DNA of 18,764 bases, from assembly GCA_964410765.1 (NCBI GenBank), contig CAYPII010000037.1, forward strand, positions 1-18,764, given 5' to 3'. The notes under the pieces were generated by a model. It was not told the origin of the DNA and ran no database searches. It was given only the letters and a program-made list of their open reading frames with translations. The DNA is from an uncultured Myxococcales bacterium (GTDB lineage: Bacteria; UBA10199; 2-02-FULL-44-16; JAAZCA01). The translations under genes were made by a program, and so were the position numbers. Shown piece by piece: positions 1-10,030 of this stretch. How positions within the stretch are numbered: the first letter of the stretch is position 1; each line of letters opens with the position of its first letter.

Positions 1-1667
<1,667 letters not shown>

Positions 1668-1676
1668 GAAAACGCT

Positions 1677-2348
1677 TCACTTCAGGTCGGCGAAGGAGCA
1701 CTCGACGAGCGAGGGGACGATCCAGTCGGCCGCGGCCAACAGCTCGTCGTTGTAGGTGTTCGTGTTGCGCACCGCAAGACAGGCAAGCCCCGCGGCCTTC
1801 GCGGCGGCGACCCCCTTCGGCGAGTCCTCGATGGCCAAGCACTCGCCCACCGTCAGCGGCGTCGTCGCGCGCTCCTGCAACCCCTCGATCGCGCGGATGT
1901 ACCCCTCCGGATCGGGCTTGCCGTGCGTCACCGACTCGCCGGCAACGATCGGGGTAAAGATCGTCTCCCACCCCACGCGATGGAGGATGAAGTCGATCTC
2001 GCTGTGGTTGGCACCGCTGCAGATCGCCAGCAGCCGATCCTTCGCCAGCTCCTCGACGAAGGGGCGCACGCCGGGGAGCAGCGGGATGTCGTGCTCCAGG
2101 AGCGCGCGGCTGGCGACGAGCTTGCGCTCGATGAGGTCGGCCTTGTCGGCCGCTTCGAAGTGATGGCCGTGGCGCTTGCCGACGGCATCGAGGAAGTCGC
2201 GATCGTTGAGCCCCAAATAGCCGGCGCGGAACTCCTCCTCGTCGAAGAGGATACCCAGCGGTTCGAGCACCCCCTGCCACGCATCCATGTGCACCGGCTC
2301 GGTGTCGGTGATGATCCCGTCGAAGTCGAATACGATCGCGCGGAACAT
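1677..2348 (-). CDS. HAD-superfamily hydrolase, subfamily IA (beta-phosphoglucomutase/phosphatase-like)
   Basis: The protein begins MFRAIVFDFDGIITDTEP (motif I, DxDx[T/V]). It also has GKPDPEGY and EDSPKGVAAAKAAG (motif III). The ATG at 2346-2348 directly abuts the TAG stop of the upstream gene (TAGATG), and an AGGA lies 3 nt upstream. Confidence 0.85.
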   Translation of the reverse strand: MFRAIVFDFDGIITDTEPVHMDAWQGVLEPLGILFDEEEFRAGYLGLNDRDFLDAVGKRHGHHFEAADKADLIERKLVASRALLEHDIPLLPGVRPFVEELAKDRLLAICSGANHSEIDFILHRVGWETIFTPIVAGESVTHGKPDPEGYIRAIEGLQERATTPLTVGECLAIEDSPKGVAAAKAAGLACLAVRNTNTYNDELLAAADWIVPSLVECSFADLK

Positions 2349-3287
2349 CTATTCCTCCCCTCGGGCCTCCGCCCTGGAGAAATAGCGGTCGAGGATGATC
2401 CCCGCGAGCACCCCCTGCGCCGTGGAGACGGCGACCAGCTGCGGGCGCCCGCAGAGGACGTCGCCGCAGGCGAAGATGCCGTCGGCCGAAGTGCCGAATT
2501 CGTGGCTCACCTTGACCGCCCCCTCCGCCGAGAGCTCCACCGCCCTGCCGAGGAAGGTCGTCGTCGGCGTGTAGTCGTGCATATAGGTGAAGACGCCGGC
2601 AACGGCGATCTCCTTCTCCTGCCCGCCGCTGAAGACGATGATCGCACCGACCTGTTCCTCACCGATGATGCGCTTCAGACTCGTAGAGTAGTGTATCTCG
2701 ACGGAGTGCTCTCCCTGCAGTTTCGCAAGCAACCGTTCCTCGATGTCGAGCTTGCTGGAGGGAACGATGAAGTGGATGCGCTCGGCAAAGCGCGTGAGCC
2801 GGAGCGCCTCTTCGGCGGCCTGCGCGTTCTTTCCGATGACGGCGACGACGCGCTCGGCGATCGCGGAGCCGTAGGTGAAGGCGTCGTGGTAGACGCCGCG
2901 CCCGAGCAGCTCGCGTTCGCCCGGGAGGTAGTTCGTGCGCGCCGCAGCGCCCGTGGCGACAACAATCGCGCGCGCCTCCATTTCCTTACCCCCGTCGGTC
3001 ATCACCTTGAAGGGGGCCGTCTCCCCGCCCACCGCGGTCGCGGTATCGGCCAGAAAGTTCACCCCCACCAGCTCCGCCTGCCGGCGCATCCGCCCGATGA
3101 GGTCGGCGCCGGAGATCGATTCGGGAAAGCCGGGGAAGTCGTTCACTTTGCCCAATCCCCCCAGATAGCCTGCCGAGGGCGAGGCGTCGATCACGAGCGT
3201 GCGCCAGCGACAGCGCGCGGTGAAGGTCGCGGCCGCGCACCCCGCCGGGCCGCCACCGATGACGATGACATCATAGGAATTCTGCAT
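2349..3287 (-). CDS. Thioredoxin-reductase-like FAD-dependent oxidoreductase, degenerate (no CxxC, altered NADPH motif)
   Basis: The N-terminus is MQNSYDVIVIGGGPAGCAAA (FAD GxGxxG), and GIFACGDV is the C-terminal FAD motif. The protein is colinear with TrxB over its full length. At the TrxB 'GRGVSACATCDG' position it reads 'GRGVYHDAFTYG', and 'VAVIGGGN' is replaced by 'VAVIGKNA'. An SD (AGGGAG) lies 8 nt upstream of the ATG at 3287. Confidence 0.8.
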   Translation of the reverse strand: MQNSYDVIVIGGGPAGCAAATFTARCRWRTLVIDASPSAGYLGGLGKVNDFPGFPESISGADLIGRMRRQAELVGVNFLADTATAVGGETAPFKVMTDGGKEMEARAIVVATGAAARTNYLPGERELLGRGVYHDAFTYGSAIAERVVAVIGKNAQAAEEALRLTRFAERIHFIVPSSKLDIEERLLAKLQGEHSVEIHYSTSLKRIIGEEQVGAIIVFSGGQEKEIAVAGVFTYMHDYTPTTTFLGRAVELSAEGAVKVSHEFGTSADGIFACGDVLCGRPQLVAVSTAQGVLAGIILDRYFSRAEARGEE

Positions 3288-3314
3288 GACGAGACTCCCT
3301 GAAGTGAGCGGAAA

Positions 3315-3343
3315 AAACTAGCTTTGCGCGGGGGGGATGTCAA
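3315..3343 (-). promoter_or_regulatory. Sigma-70-type promoter for the oxidoreductase-HAD operon
   Basis: On the minus strand there is a TTGACA (3343->3338), a 17-nt spacer, then TAGTTT (3320->3315). The ATG at 3287 lies about 27 nt downstream and is preceded by AGGGAG. Confidence 0.45.
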
Positions 3344-3436
3344 TCGGACATGCGGTCATTCCCGCATGGATTCAGCGGGAATCCAGCCCTGTCACTTTCG
3401 GTCTGGATCCCCGACTCAAGCACTCGGGATGACAAC

Positions 3437-4030
3437 CTAGAAGAGGGACTGCTGGGCTTGTCCCTCCTCGGGCTCGGTGGGGTGGGCGACGCGCCAGGAG
3501 ACCGGCGCGCGGGCACGGCCGGCCCCGAACTTCGGGGTGTAGAAGAGCTCGCCGTGCGCCGCGCCGTACTCGAAGAGCTGGTGGGTGAGGCGCACGTCGT
3601 CCATGCAGTACTTCTTCAGTTCATCCATCCGCCCCTCGCGGAAGAGTTTCAGCGCCATCAGGCCGTCGCCGCTCTTGCCGGCGCCCAGCGTCGCGCTCGC
3701 GACGCTCTGCAAACTCACCCGGTGGCCGAGGACGCGGGTCAGCTCCTCCATGATGTCGAGCTGCGGAAATTTCTGGATGTCGAAGGGGAGGTACTCCTGC
3801 AGGATCGGCGTGTCGAAGCGACGGCTGTTGAAGCCGACGAGCAGCGGCTTCTCCATCAATCGTTCCTCGAGCTTCCCCAGCTCCCCCTCCTCGAAGCAGA
3901 CATACTCGCCCGCCTTGTAGTCATACGCGCCCAGGACCGAGATGCCGAGCTTCGTGAAGTGCTCGCGCCCCCCGACGTCGTCGAATGCCTGCTTCGTCTC
4001 GATGTCATAGACGATGATGTTTTTGCCCAT
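3437..4030 (-). CDS. Predicted 3'-5' exonuclease, RNase H-like fold (PolB-exonuclease-related, COG3298/YprB-like)
   Basis: The protein begins MGKNIIVYDIETKQAFDD (Exo I DxE motif) and continues LVGFNSRRFDTPIL (Exo II) and YCMDDVRLTHQLF (Exo III YxxxD). It is 197 aa. The longer upstream extension of this ORF is antisense to the divergent membrane-protein gene. Confidence 0.7.
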   Translation of the reverse strand: MGKNIIVYDIETKQAFDDVGGREHFTKLGISVLGAYDYKAGEYVCFEEGELGKLEERLMEKPLLVGFNSRRFDTPILQEYLPFDIQKFPQLDIMEELTRVLGHRVSLQSVASATLGAGKSGDGLMALKLFREGRMDELKKYCMDDVRLTHQLFEYGAAHGELFYTPKFGAGRARAPVSWRVAHPTEPEEGQAQQSLF

Positions 4031-4126
4031 GCGCGCGGCGTAGCACAGGGGGGCGCAGATGCAAGGGGGAAACGCGACGCACGCACAGCGCTGGAAAGAG
4101 CCCATCAAAACTGCTATCGTTCCCCC

Positions 4127-6322
4127 ATGTTCCGCCGATCGATCGCCACGCACTTGCTCTTCGCCACGATGGGGTTCGCGACGATGGCCGCGCAGGTTAT
4201 CATCATGCGCCGCGCGATCGTCGTCTTCGGCGGCAACGAGCTCGTCGCCGGTGCGGTGCTCGCCGGATGGCTCGGCTTCTCCGGCGTGGGCAACGTGATC
4301 GCCGGACGCTTCGCCGATCGCATCGCGGACGCGGAGCGCGCAGCGTGCATCGCCCTCGTCGCACTGGCACTCGCCATCCCCGCCACGACCGCCGCAGCAG
4401 CGCTCGCCAAAGCGGCACTCGGCATCCCCCCGCCGTCGATGGCGGGGCTCCCCGTCGCCATCGGCGCGACGCTCATCCTCATGGCACCGATCGGCATCGC
4501 GATCGGAATCGCCTTCGTGATCTGCACGCGCCTGCCAGACGCCTTCGGCGCCGAACGGATCGCGCGCGTCTATGCGCTCGATGCGATCGGCGCCGGCGTG
4601 GGGGGGCTCCTCGTCTCGCTCCTGCTCATCCGCCTCTTCACGCCGCTGGAGGGGGCGACCATCGTCGCGGGGGTGCTCGTCGCCGGCGTCGGCATCGCCG
4701 CAACGGGCGGTCGACGCAAATACGCCGCGCTCGCGATTCTCGTCCTCCTCTCGATGCTCGTCGTCTCCGCCCCGCGCGTCGAACACGCGATCGCGCAGAT
4801 CCAGTGGCGCGGATACGATCCGGTCGCCCAGCGCGAATCACTCTATGCGAGCATTATGGTCACGGCCGACCACGACGAGCGTACGCTCTTCATCGACGGC
4901 ACGCCCTCCTTCTCGCTCCCGCGCCCCGAGGGATACGAGACGCTCGCCCACCTCCCGCTGCTCATGCATCCGGCGCCCAAGCGCATCGCGGTCATCGGCG
5001 GGGGCATCTCCGGGATGATCGAACAGTGGTCGGGGCTGGGGATCGAGGAGGCGACCTTCATCCGCCTCGATCCCGAGGTGACGGCGCTCGAGCGCAACGC
5101 CCTGCCCTCGAATATGGAGGCGCTCCCCCTCTGGGCACGGATCGTCCATGGCGACGGGCGGCGTTTGGTCGAGCGCGGCCTCTCGGAGGAGTGTCGCGAG
5201 TCCTGCCTCGATTTGCTGCTCGTCAACGTCGGCGCCCCCGACACGGCGGCAACGGGACGCTACTACACACGTGAGTTCTTCGCCGCGGCCAAGCGGTTGC
5301 TCAAACCAAACGGGGTGCTCGGCCTCTTCCTGCTGGCACCGGCGAACACGCTCAACCCCGAGGCGGCGCGCGTCTTGGGCATCGTACGGCGCACGCTCGC
5401 TGAGCTCTTCCCGCACGTCGTCCTCCTCCCCTTCGACCAGTTCACCTTCTTCGCCTCCGGAAAGCGCGGCGCGCTCACCGATCAGATTGCGACGCTGATG
5501 AAACGCATGAGCGCCTCGGACACCGGCGGCGACTACTTCCTCTCCTGGGTCCTGGGCGGCGTGGGGCAAGAGCGCGTAAACCGCTTCGCGCAACAGGTCG
5601 ATGCGCGCGCGGTTATCTCGCCGGTCAACACCGACGCGCGGCCGATCGCCTATCTCGCCGGGCTCGCCCTCTGGGAGGAGCGCGCCGGCGCGATCGGCCG
5701 GGGGTTGATGCGGACGCTGGGCGCGGTGCGCCCCTGGATGGGGGCCGCAGCACTGGCGCTCCTGCTCGTCGTCTCGCTCATCCTCGGACGACGGCGCGCG
5801 GAGGCGACGCGCGCGGCCTGGGCGCTCGCGGCGACGGGCTTTGCGGCGATGACCTTCGAGATCGTCCTGCTCGTCGACTATCAGGTTCGCTACGGCGTCC
5901 TCGTCTTTCGGATCGGGTTGATCCTCACCGCCTTCATGGTGGGGGCGGGGCTCACCGCCGCGACGGTCGCGCGCCGCACCCTGCCGCGCATTGTGCTCCC
6001 GCTGCTGCTCGCAGCGATCGCGCTCCTCCTCTTGATCCAGCCGCAGCTCGCCGCGCTCACCTTCATCGGCGCCAATGCCCTGATGGGGGCGCTCACCGGC
6101 GCGCTCTATGCGGTCGCCGCCGGGCGGCTCGTCGCCGCGCACGCCGGGGTCGGGCGCGCCGCCGCGCTCATCGAGGGGGCGGACCACTGGGGGGCGGCGG
6201 CTGGCGCCCTCGCCGCAAGCCTGCTCCTCGTCCCCCTGTGGGGGCTCGTCGCCACACGCGCCGCCGCAGCACTGCTGCTCGCAGCCGCGCTGCTGGCCAG
6301 CGCCCTCCTCCCGCGCCGCTAG
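4127..6322 (+). CDS. Membrane-embedded spermidine-synthase-like protein (polyamine aminopropyltransferase domain flanked by multi-TM segments)
   Basis: The 731-aa protein has about 7 predicted N-terminal TM helices, a central class-I SAM-MTase/SpeE-like domain (RIAVIGGGISGM; LDLLLVNVGAPD...YTREFF) and about 5 C-terminal TM helices. The start MFRRSIATHLLF at 4127 is preceded by TATCGT-N6. The upstream part of the 990-aa ORF (3350-4126) is antisense to the exonuclease gene. Confidence 0.8.
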   Translation: MFRRSIATHLLFATMGFATMAAQVIIMRRAIVVFGGNELVAGAVLAGWLGFSGVGNVIAGRFADRIADAERAACIALVALALAIPATTAAAALAKAALGIPPPSMAGLPVAIGATLILMAPIGIAIGIAFVICTRLPDAFGAERIARVYALDAIGAGVGGLLVSLLLIRLFTPLEGATIVAGVLVAGVGIAATGGRRKYAALAILVLLSMLVVSAPRVEHAIAQIQWRGYDPVAQRESLYASIMVTADHDERTLFIDGTPSFSLPRPEGYETLAHLPLLMHPAPKRIAVIGGGISGMIEQWSGLGIEEATFIRLDPEVTALERNALPSNMEALPLWARIVHGDGRRLVERGLSEECRESCLDLLLVNVGAPDTAATGRYYTREFFAAAKRLLKPNGVLGLFLLAPANTLNPEAARVLGIVRRTLAELFPHVVLLPFDQFTFFASGKRGALTDQIATLMKRMSASDTGGDYFLSWVLGGVGQERVNRFAQQVDARAVISPVNTDARPIAYLAGLALWEERAGAIGRGLMRTLGAVRPWMGAAALALLLVVSLILGRRRAEATRAAWALAATGFAAMTFEIVLLVDYQVRYGVLVFRIGLILTAFMVGAGLTAATVARRTLPRIVLPLLLAAIALLLLIQPQLAALTFIGANALMGALTGALYAVAAGRLVAAHAGVGRAAALIEGADHWGAAAGALAASLLLVPLWGLVATRAAAALLLAAALLASALLPRR

Positions 6323-6362
6323 CGCCCCTGCGCCGTCCGGGCATCCTTGTGCTCGCGAAACC

Positions 6363-6416
6363 CATCTGGTAGGGATAAGCCCCTATCCCAGATGACAAAT
6401 GTCCAACGACATTTGT
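6363..6416. promoter_or_regulatory. Two adjacent hairpins/palindromes in the kinase upstream region
   Basis: Hairpin A is a 13-bp stem with a 2-nt bulge: catctgg-ta-gggata / tatcccagatg (6363-6394). Palindrome B is ACAAATGT-ccaacg-ACATTTGT (6395-6416). No U-tract follows either. Confidence 0.4.
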
Positions 6417-6452
6417 GACGAGTCATTCCACGCGGATGGCAACGAGGATGGC

Positions 6453-8108
6453 ATGCAGAAGAACTTCAAGGTGACGATCAACGGGAAGATGCTGACGGTG
6501 GGCGCCGGCACGCGCGTGGCCGACCTCCTCCCGCGCGCACCCCACCGTGGTCACTTCCAACCGCTCGGCGCGGTCATCAACAACCGACTCGACGGCCTCT
6601 ACTATGAACTCAAGAGCCCCGCGGAGATCGAGACGATCGATCTGGCCAACCGCGAGGGGATGGACATCTACCGGCGCACCGCCTCGGCCATCCTCTACAC
6701 GGCCGCCGCTGACATCGCCCCGCAGGCGCGCTTCGTCGTCGGCCAGTCGATCTCCGACGGCTACTTCTTCGAGGTCCACAACCACACGGTCGACGGCGAC
6801 TTCATCCGGCTCCTCGAGGAGCGGATGCGCGAGATCGTGGCGGAGGACCTCCCCCTGGAGCCGATCTGGACGACGGTGGAGGAGGCGCTCGACATCTTCC
6901 GCCGCCGCGGCCTGCACGACCTGGTGAAGATGATGCGCCAGCTGCGTCGCAGCGAGATCCCGCTGCTGGAGCTGGGCAAGAACCGCGGCTACGCCTACGG
7001 GCCGATGGCCGCGCGCACCGCGCTCATCGACACCTTCCAACTGCACCCCTACGAGCACGGCCTCGTCCTCGATTTTCCGAACGAGGAGGGAAAGTGCGCC
7101 GGGACGCTCCGGCCGCAGCCGAAGCTCTTCGACACCTATCTCGAGACGAAGCGCTGGAACGAGCTGGTGGGGATCGAGAACGTCGCCGACCTCAACGAGC
7201 GCTGCATGGGACAGACAGCGGTGGAAGTGGTCATGGTCGCCGAAGCGTTGCACGACCGGAAGGTCGCCGCAATCGCCGACGCGATCGCAAAGCGCAAACA
7301 CACGCGCCTGGTGCTCATCGCCGGCCCGTCGGGCTCGGGGAAGACCACCTTTTCGAAGCAACTCGCGATTCACCTGAAGACCCACGGGCTGCAGCCGATC
7401 GCGCTCTCGATGGACAATTACTACGTCGACCGCGAGGTGACGCCCAAGCACGAGGATGGGAGCTACAACTTCGAATGCCTCGAGGCGCTCGACATCGCCC
7501 TCTTCAACGACCACATCACGCGCCTGGCACACGGCGAGGAGGTGCTCATCCCCTCCTACTCCTTTCCGCTCGGCAGGCGCGACCCGGCGAAGTCGATGCC
7601 GATGCGCCTGAAGAAGGATCAGATCATCATCACCGAGGGAATCCACGGCCTCAACGAGGCGCTCACGCCGATGCTCCCGGCGGAGAACAAGTTCAAGATC
7701 TACGTCTCGGCACTCACACAATTGTGCCTTGACGACCACAGCCGCATCTTCACGACCGACACGCGCCTCTGCCGCAGGATCGTGCGCGACCGCCTCTTCC
7801 GTGGAACCACCGCCGCCGAGACGATTGCGCGCTGGCCGAGCGTGCGTGCCGGAGAGCGGCAGTACATCTTCCCCTTTCAGGAAGAGGCGGACGTCATCTT
7901 CAACTCGGCGCTCGCCTACGAACACGCGCTGCTCAAACCCTACGCGGAGCGGCATCTGATGGAGGTGCCACGCGATCATCCCGCGTTCATGGAGGCCTCG
8001 CGCCTCGTGCGCTTCTTCTCCTTTTTCATTCCGATCCTCGCCGTCGAGGTGCCGCACACCTCGATCCTGCGCGAGTTCGTGGGGGGGAGCGCTTTTCGAT
8101 ATACCTAG
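6453..8108 (+). CDS. Nucleoside (uridine/cytidine-type) kinase family protein with N-terminal TGS/ThrRS-like domains
   Basis: The start MQKNFKVTINGK is TGS-like, and a GAGGA lies 7 nt upstream of the ATG at 6453 (an upstream in-frame ATG at 6399 is possible). A P-loop (LVLIAGPSGSGKTT) is followed by a PRK/Udk-like core (DNYY, IITEGIHGLN). The protein is 551 aa. Confidence 0.8.
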   Translation: MQKNFKVTINGKMLTVGAGTRVADLLPRAPHRGHFQPLGAVINNRLDGLYYELKSPAEIETIDLANREGMDIYRRTASAILYTAAADIAPQARFVVGQSISDGYFFEVHNHTVDGDFIRLLEERMREIVAEDLPLEPIWTTVEEALDIFRRRGLHDLVKMMRQLRRSEIPLLELGKNRGYAYGPMAARTALIDTFQLHPYEHGLVLDFPNEEGKCAGTLRPQPKLFDTYLETKRWNELVGIENVADLNERCMGQTAVEVVMVAEALHDRKVAAIADAIAKRKHTRLVLIAGPSGSGKTTFSKQLAIHLKTHGLQPIALSMDNYYVDREVTPKHEDGSYNFECLEALDIALFNDHITRLAHGEEVLIPSYSFPLGRRDPAKSMPMRLKKDQIIITEGIHGLNEALTPMLPAENKFKIYVSALTQLCLDDHSRIFTTDTRLCRRIVRDRLFRGTTAAETIARWPSVRAGERQYIFPFQEEADVIFNSALAYEHALLKPYAERHLMEVPRDHPAFMEASRLVRFFSFFIPILAVEVPHTSILREFVGGSAFRYT

Positions 8109-8166
8109 GATGTCATCCGGAGGCAAAGCCGAAGGACGACACCGCAACAGCTGTCAAGGAGGTTCT

Positions 8167-8985
8167 ATGTCATCCCAGTTTCCGCAGTTCACCGGCCAGC
8201 GCAAGCTCATCGCGATCGGCGTCGCCGTCGTCGTCGGCCTCATCGTCCTCTCCAAGTGCGTCGTGATGATCCCGGCGGGACACGTCGGCGTGAAGGAGCT
8301 CTTCGGGCGCGTCTACGACGAGACGCTCGACGCCGGCATTCACGTCATCAACCCGCTGCTCAAGGTCCACGACATGAGCGTGCGCACGCAGCAGCTCACC
8401 GAGGAGGCGAGCGTCCCCTCGCAGGAGGGGTTGATCGTCGGTCTTGACCTCTCAGTCCTCTTCTCGCTCGAGCCACGCGATGCCGCCGACGTCTACCGAA
8501 CGATCGGGCTCAATTACGTCAATGTCGTCGTCGTGCCGAGTTTGCGCTCGGTCGTGCGCGGCGTGACCGCGGCCTACGACGCAAAGGGGCTCTACACCGC
8601 CAAACGGGAGGCGATCGCGAACGAGATGTTCGAACAGCTCAAACCCATGGTCGAGAGCCGCGGCATCCGCCTGGAGAAGGTCCTGTTGCGATCGGTCAAA
8701 CTCCCGGCGATCCTCGCCACCGCGATCGAGAAGAAGCTGGAGGCGGAGCAGCAGGCCGAGCAGATGAAGTTCGTCCTCGACCGCGAGAGGCAGGAGGCGG
8801 AGCGCAAGCGCATCGAGGCGAAGGGGATCAGCGACTACAACAAGCAGGTCACCCGGGGGCTCAACAGCAACATCTTGACGCTCCGTGGGATCGAGGCAAC
8901 ACGCGAGCTCGCCAAGAGCGAGAACGCGAAGGTCGTCATCGTCGGCGGCAAGGACGGCCTCCCCGTCATCCTCGGGAACAAATAG
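8167..8985 (+). CDS. SPFH/band-7 (prohibitin/HflC-like) membrane protein
   Basis: AAGGAGG lies 6 nt upstream of the ATG at 8167. The protein has an N-terminal TM anchor (LIAIGVAVVVGLIVL), an SPFH core, and a C-terminal coiled-coil (EAEQQAEQMKFVLDRERQEAERKRIEAKG). Confidence 0.85.
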   Translation: MSSQFPQFTGQRKLIAIGVAVVVGLIVLSKCVVMIPAGHVGVKELFGRVYDETLDAGIHVINPLLKVHDMSVRTQQLTEEASVPSQEGLIVGLDLSVLFSLEPRDAADVYRTIGLNYVNVVVVPSLRSVVRGVTAAYDAKGLYTAKREAIANEMFEQLKPMVESRGIRLEKVLLRSVKLPAILATAIEKKLEAEQQAEQMKFVLDRERQEAERKRIEAKGISDYNKQVTRGLNSNILTLRGIEATRELAKSENAKVVIVGGKDGLPVILGNK

Positions 8986-9006
8986 ATCGGCGCGCCACAA
9001 ACAGTG

Positions 9007-9037
9007 AAAAACCCCCTCAGCACGAGGGGGTTTTTTT
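9007..9037. terminator. Bidirectional Rho-independent terminator
   Basis: The sequence is AAAAA-CCCCCTC-agcac-GAGGGGG-TTTTTTT. It sits between convergent genes (SPFH on the + strand, the hypothetical on the - strand). Confidence 0.75.
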
Positions 9038-9048
9038 CGGATCACGTG

Positions 9049-9549
9049 TCACGTCTTATGTTTCACCCGCTTCTTCGCTTCGGCCGGGACGAGCTTCATC
9101 TTGCCACGCATGCCGTAGTCGAAGGGACGCAGGATCGGGATATCGAGCGCCAGGATCTTTTGCATCACACTGTCGCTGGGATACGCCCCCTTGATCTCCT
9201 GGGCGTACTCGAAGGCGGTGAGGATCTCCCCCACGCAGTAGTCGCAGTACTCCTGATCGACCTCCTCCTCCACCGGCAGCTCCGCGGCTCGGTCGGCAAG
9301 CATCGAGGCGAGCGCCGAGCAAAAGCGCTCCTCCTCCTCGCGCTCCAGGCGCAGGAAGTGATCGACGAGCAACCGCCCGATGATGATGCGCATGTCACGC
9401 ACCGACTCGCCGAGCGTCTCGATCGGCTTGCCCAACTGCCGTTCGGTGAGAAAGAATTCGAACATCTCGAGGAGCGCCTGCATGTCCTTCTTGGCCGAGC
9501 GCATCGATTCGTTCGCGCTGATGCTGATGGAGGGTTCCTTATCTGTCAT
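9049..9549 (-). CDS. Hypothetical protein (acidic, about 166 aa)
   Basis: GC3 is high. I chose the start at MTDKEPS (ATG 9549) because TACCAT-N6 sits immediately upstream, suggesting a leaderless transcript. An alternative in-frame start at 9612 is possible. I recognise no domain with confidence. Confidence 0.55.
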   Translation of the reverse strand: MTDKEPSISISANESMRSAKKDMQALLEMFEFFLTERQLGKPIETLGESVRDMRIIIGRLLVDHFLRLEREEEERFCSALASMLADRAAELPVEEEVDQEYCDYCVGEILTAFEYAQEIKGAYPSDSVMQKILALDIPILRPFDYGMRGKMKLVPAEAKKRVKHKT

Positions 9550-9668
9550 GGGGATATGGTAGCAGAGCACGCGGCGCGGGGAAAGCCCTTCTTGGCGGGC
9601 GTCGTCGGGCATCGGCCCGGGACGGTCAGGGGGAGCCGCCCGGGCCGAGCCGACGATGTGGCGGGGGG

Positions 9669-10004
9669 CTACTTCGTCGCCTTCCCCGCCGTGCCAGGCC
9701 GCTTGTTGCCGACGGTGACGTAGGGAGCGATCTTCGCGAGCATCTTCTCGCCGATCCCCTTCACGTTTGTCAGCTCGTCGGTCGAGGCGAATGGCTGCTG
9801 CCGGCGATAGTCGACGATCGCCTTGGCCTTCGCGCCGCCGACCCCCGGAATAGTGGTGAGCTCCTCGATGCCGGCGGTGTTGACGTCCACCGGGGCGGCC
9901 GGGGCGACCTTCGCCGCGGCGGCCTGTCCGGCGGCCGCCAGCAGGGCGCAGAGCCCCAGCGCCGCGATGAGCATCCGTGCTGTCCGTCTCGTTTGCTTCT
10001 GCAT
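9669..10004 (-). CDS. comEA: ComEA-family competence protein (secreted helix-hairpin-helix DNA-binding)
   Basis: A signal peptide (MLIAALGLCALLAAAGQAAAA) is followed by the HhH motif VDVNTAGIEELTTIPGVGGAKAKAIVDYR. A strong SD (AAAGGAGGAG) lies 5 nt upstream. Confidence 0.8.
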   Translation of the reverse strand: MQKQTRRTARMLIAALGLCALLAAAGQAAAAKVAPAAPVDVNTAGIEELTTIPGVGGAKAKAIVDYRRQQPFASTDELTNVKGIGEKMLAKIAPYVTVGNKRPGTAGKATK

Positions 10005-10030
10005 CGTCTCCTCCTTTGGTGTGGTGGTGA

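Noticed and set aside
3437-4786. A 449-aa minus-strand ORF (Asp/Arg/Glu-rich N-terminus).
   Set aside because: Only the C-terminal 197 aa (from MGKNIIVYDIET) look like a protein. The upstream part is a GC-rich frame artefact antisense to the SpeE-like gene.
4838-6187. Long antisense ORFs, including 6423..8147, 13369..14643, 14713..16011, 15650..16540, 16363..17973, 10225..11052 and 10262..10897.
   Set aside because: Open frames opposite real genes are expected at 70 % GC. Their products are R/G/P/D-rich low-complexity sequence, with low GC3 relative to the sense genes and no motifs.
3350-6322. A 990-aa ORF read as a single CDS.
   Set aside because: Its first 259 codons are antisense to the exonuclease gene and have no membrane or SpeE features. 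The real start is the ATG at 4127, where the TM region begins.
9044-9055. The palindrome CACGTGTCACGT / ACGTG-T-CACGT overlapping the stop of the 166-aa gene.
   Set aside because: It is short and single-copy, with no paired site. It is likely coincidental next to the terminator.
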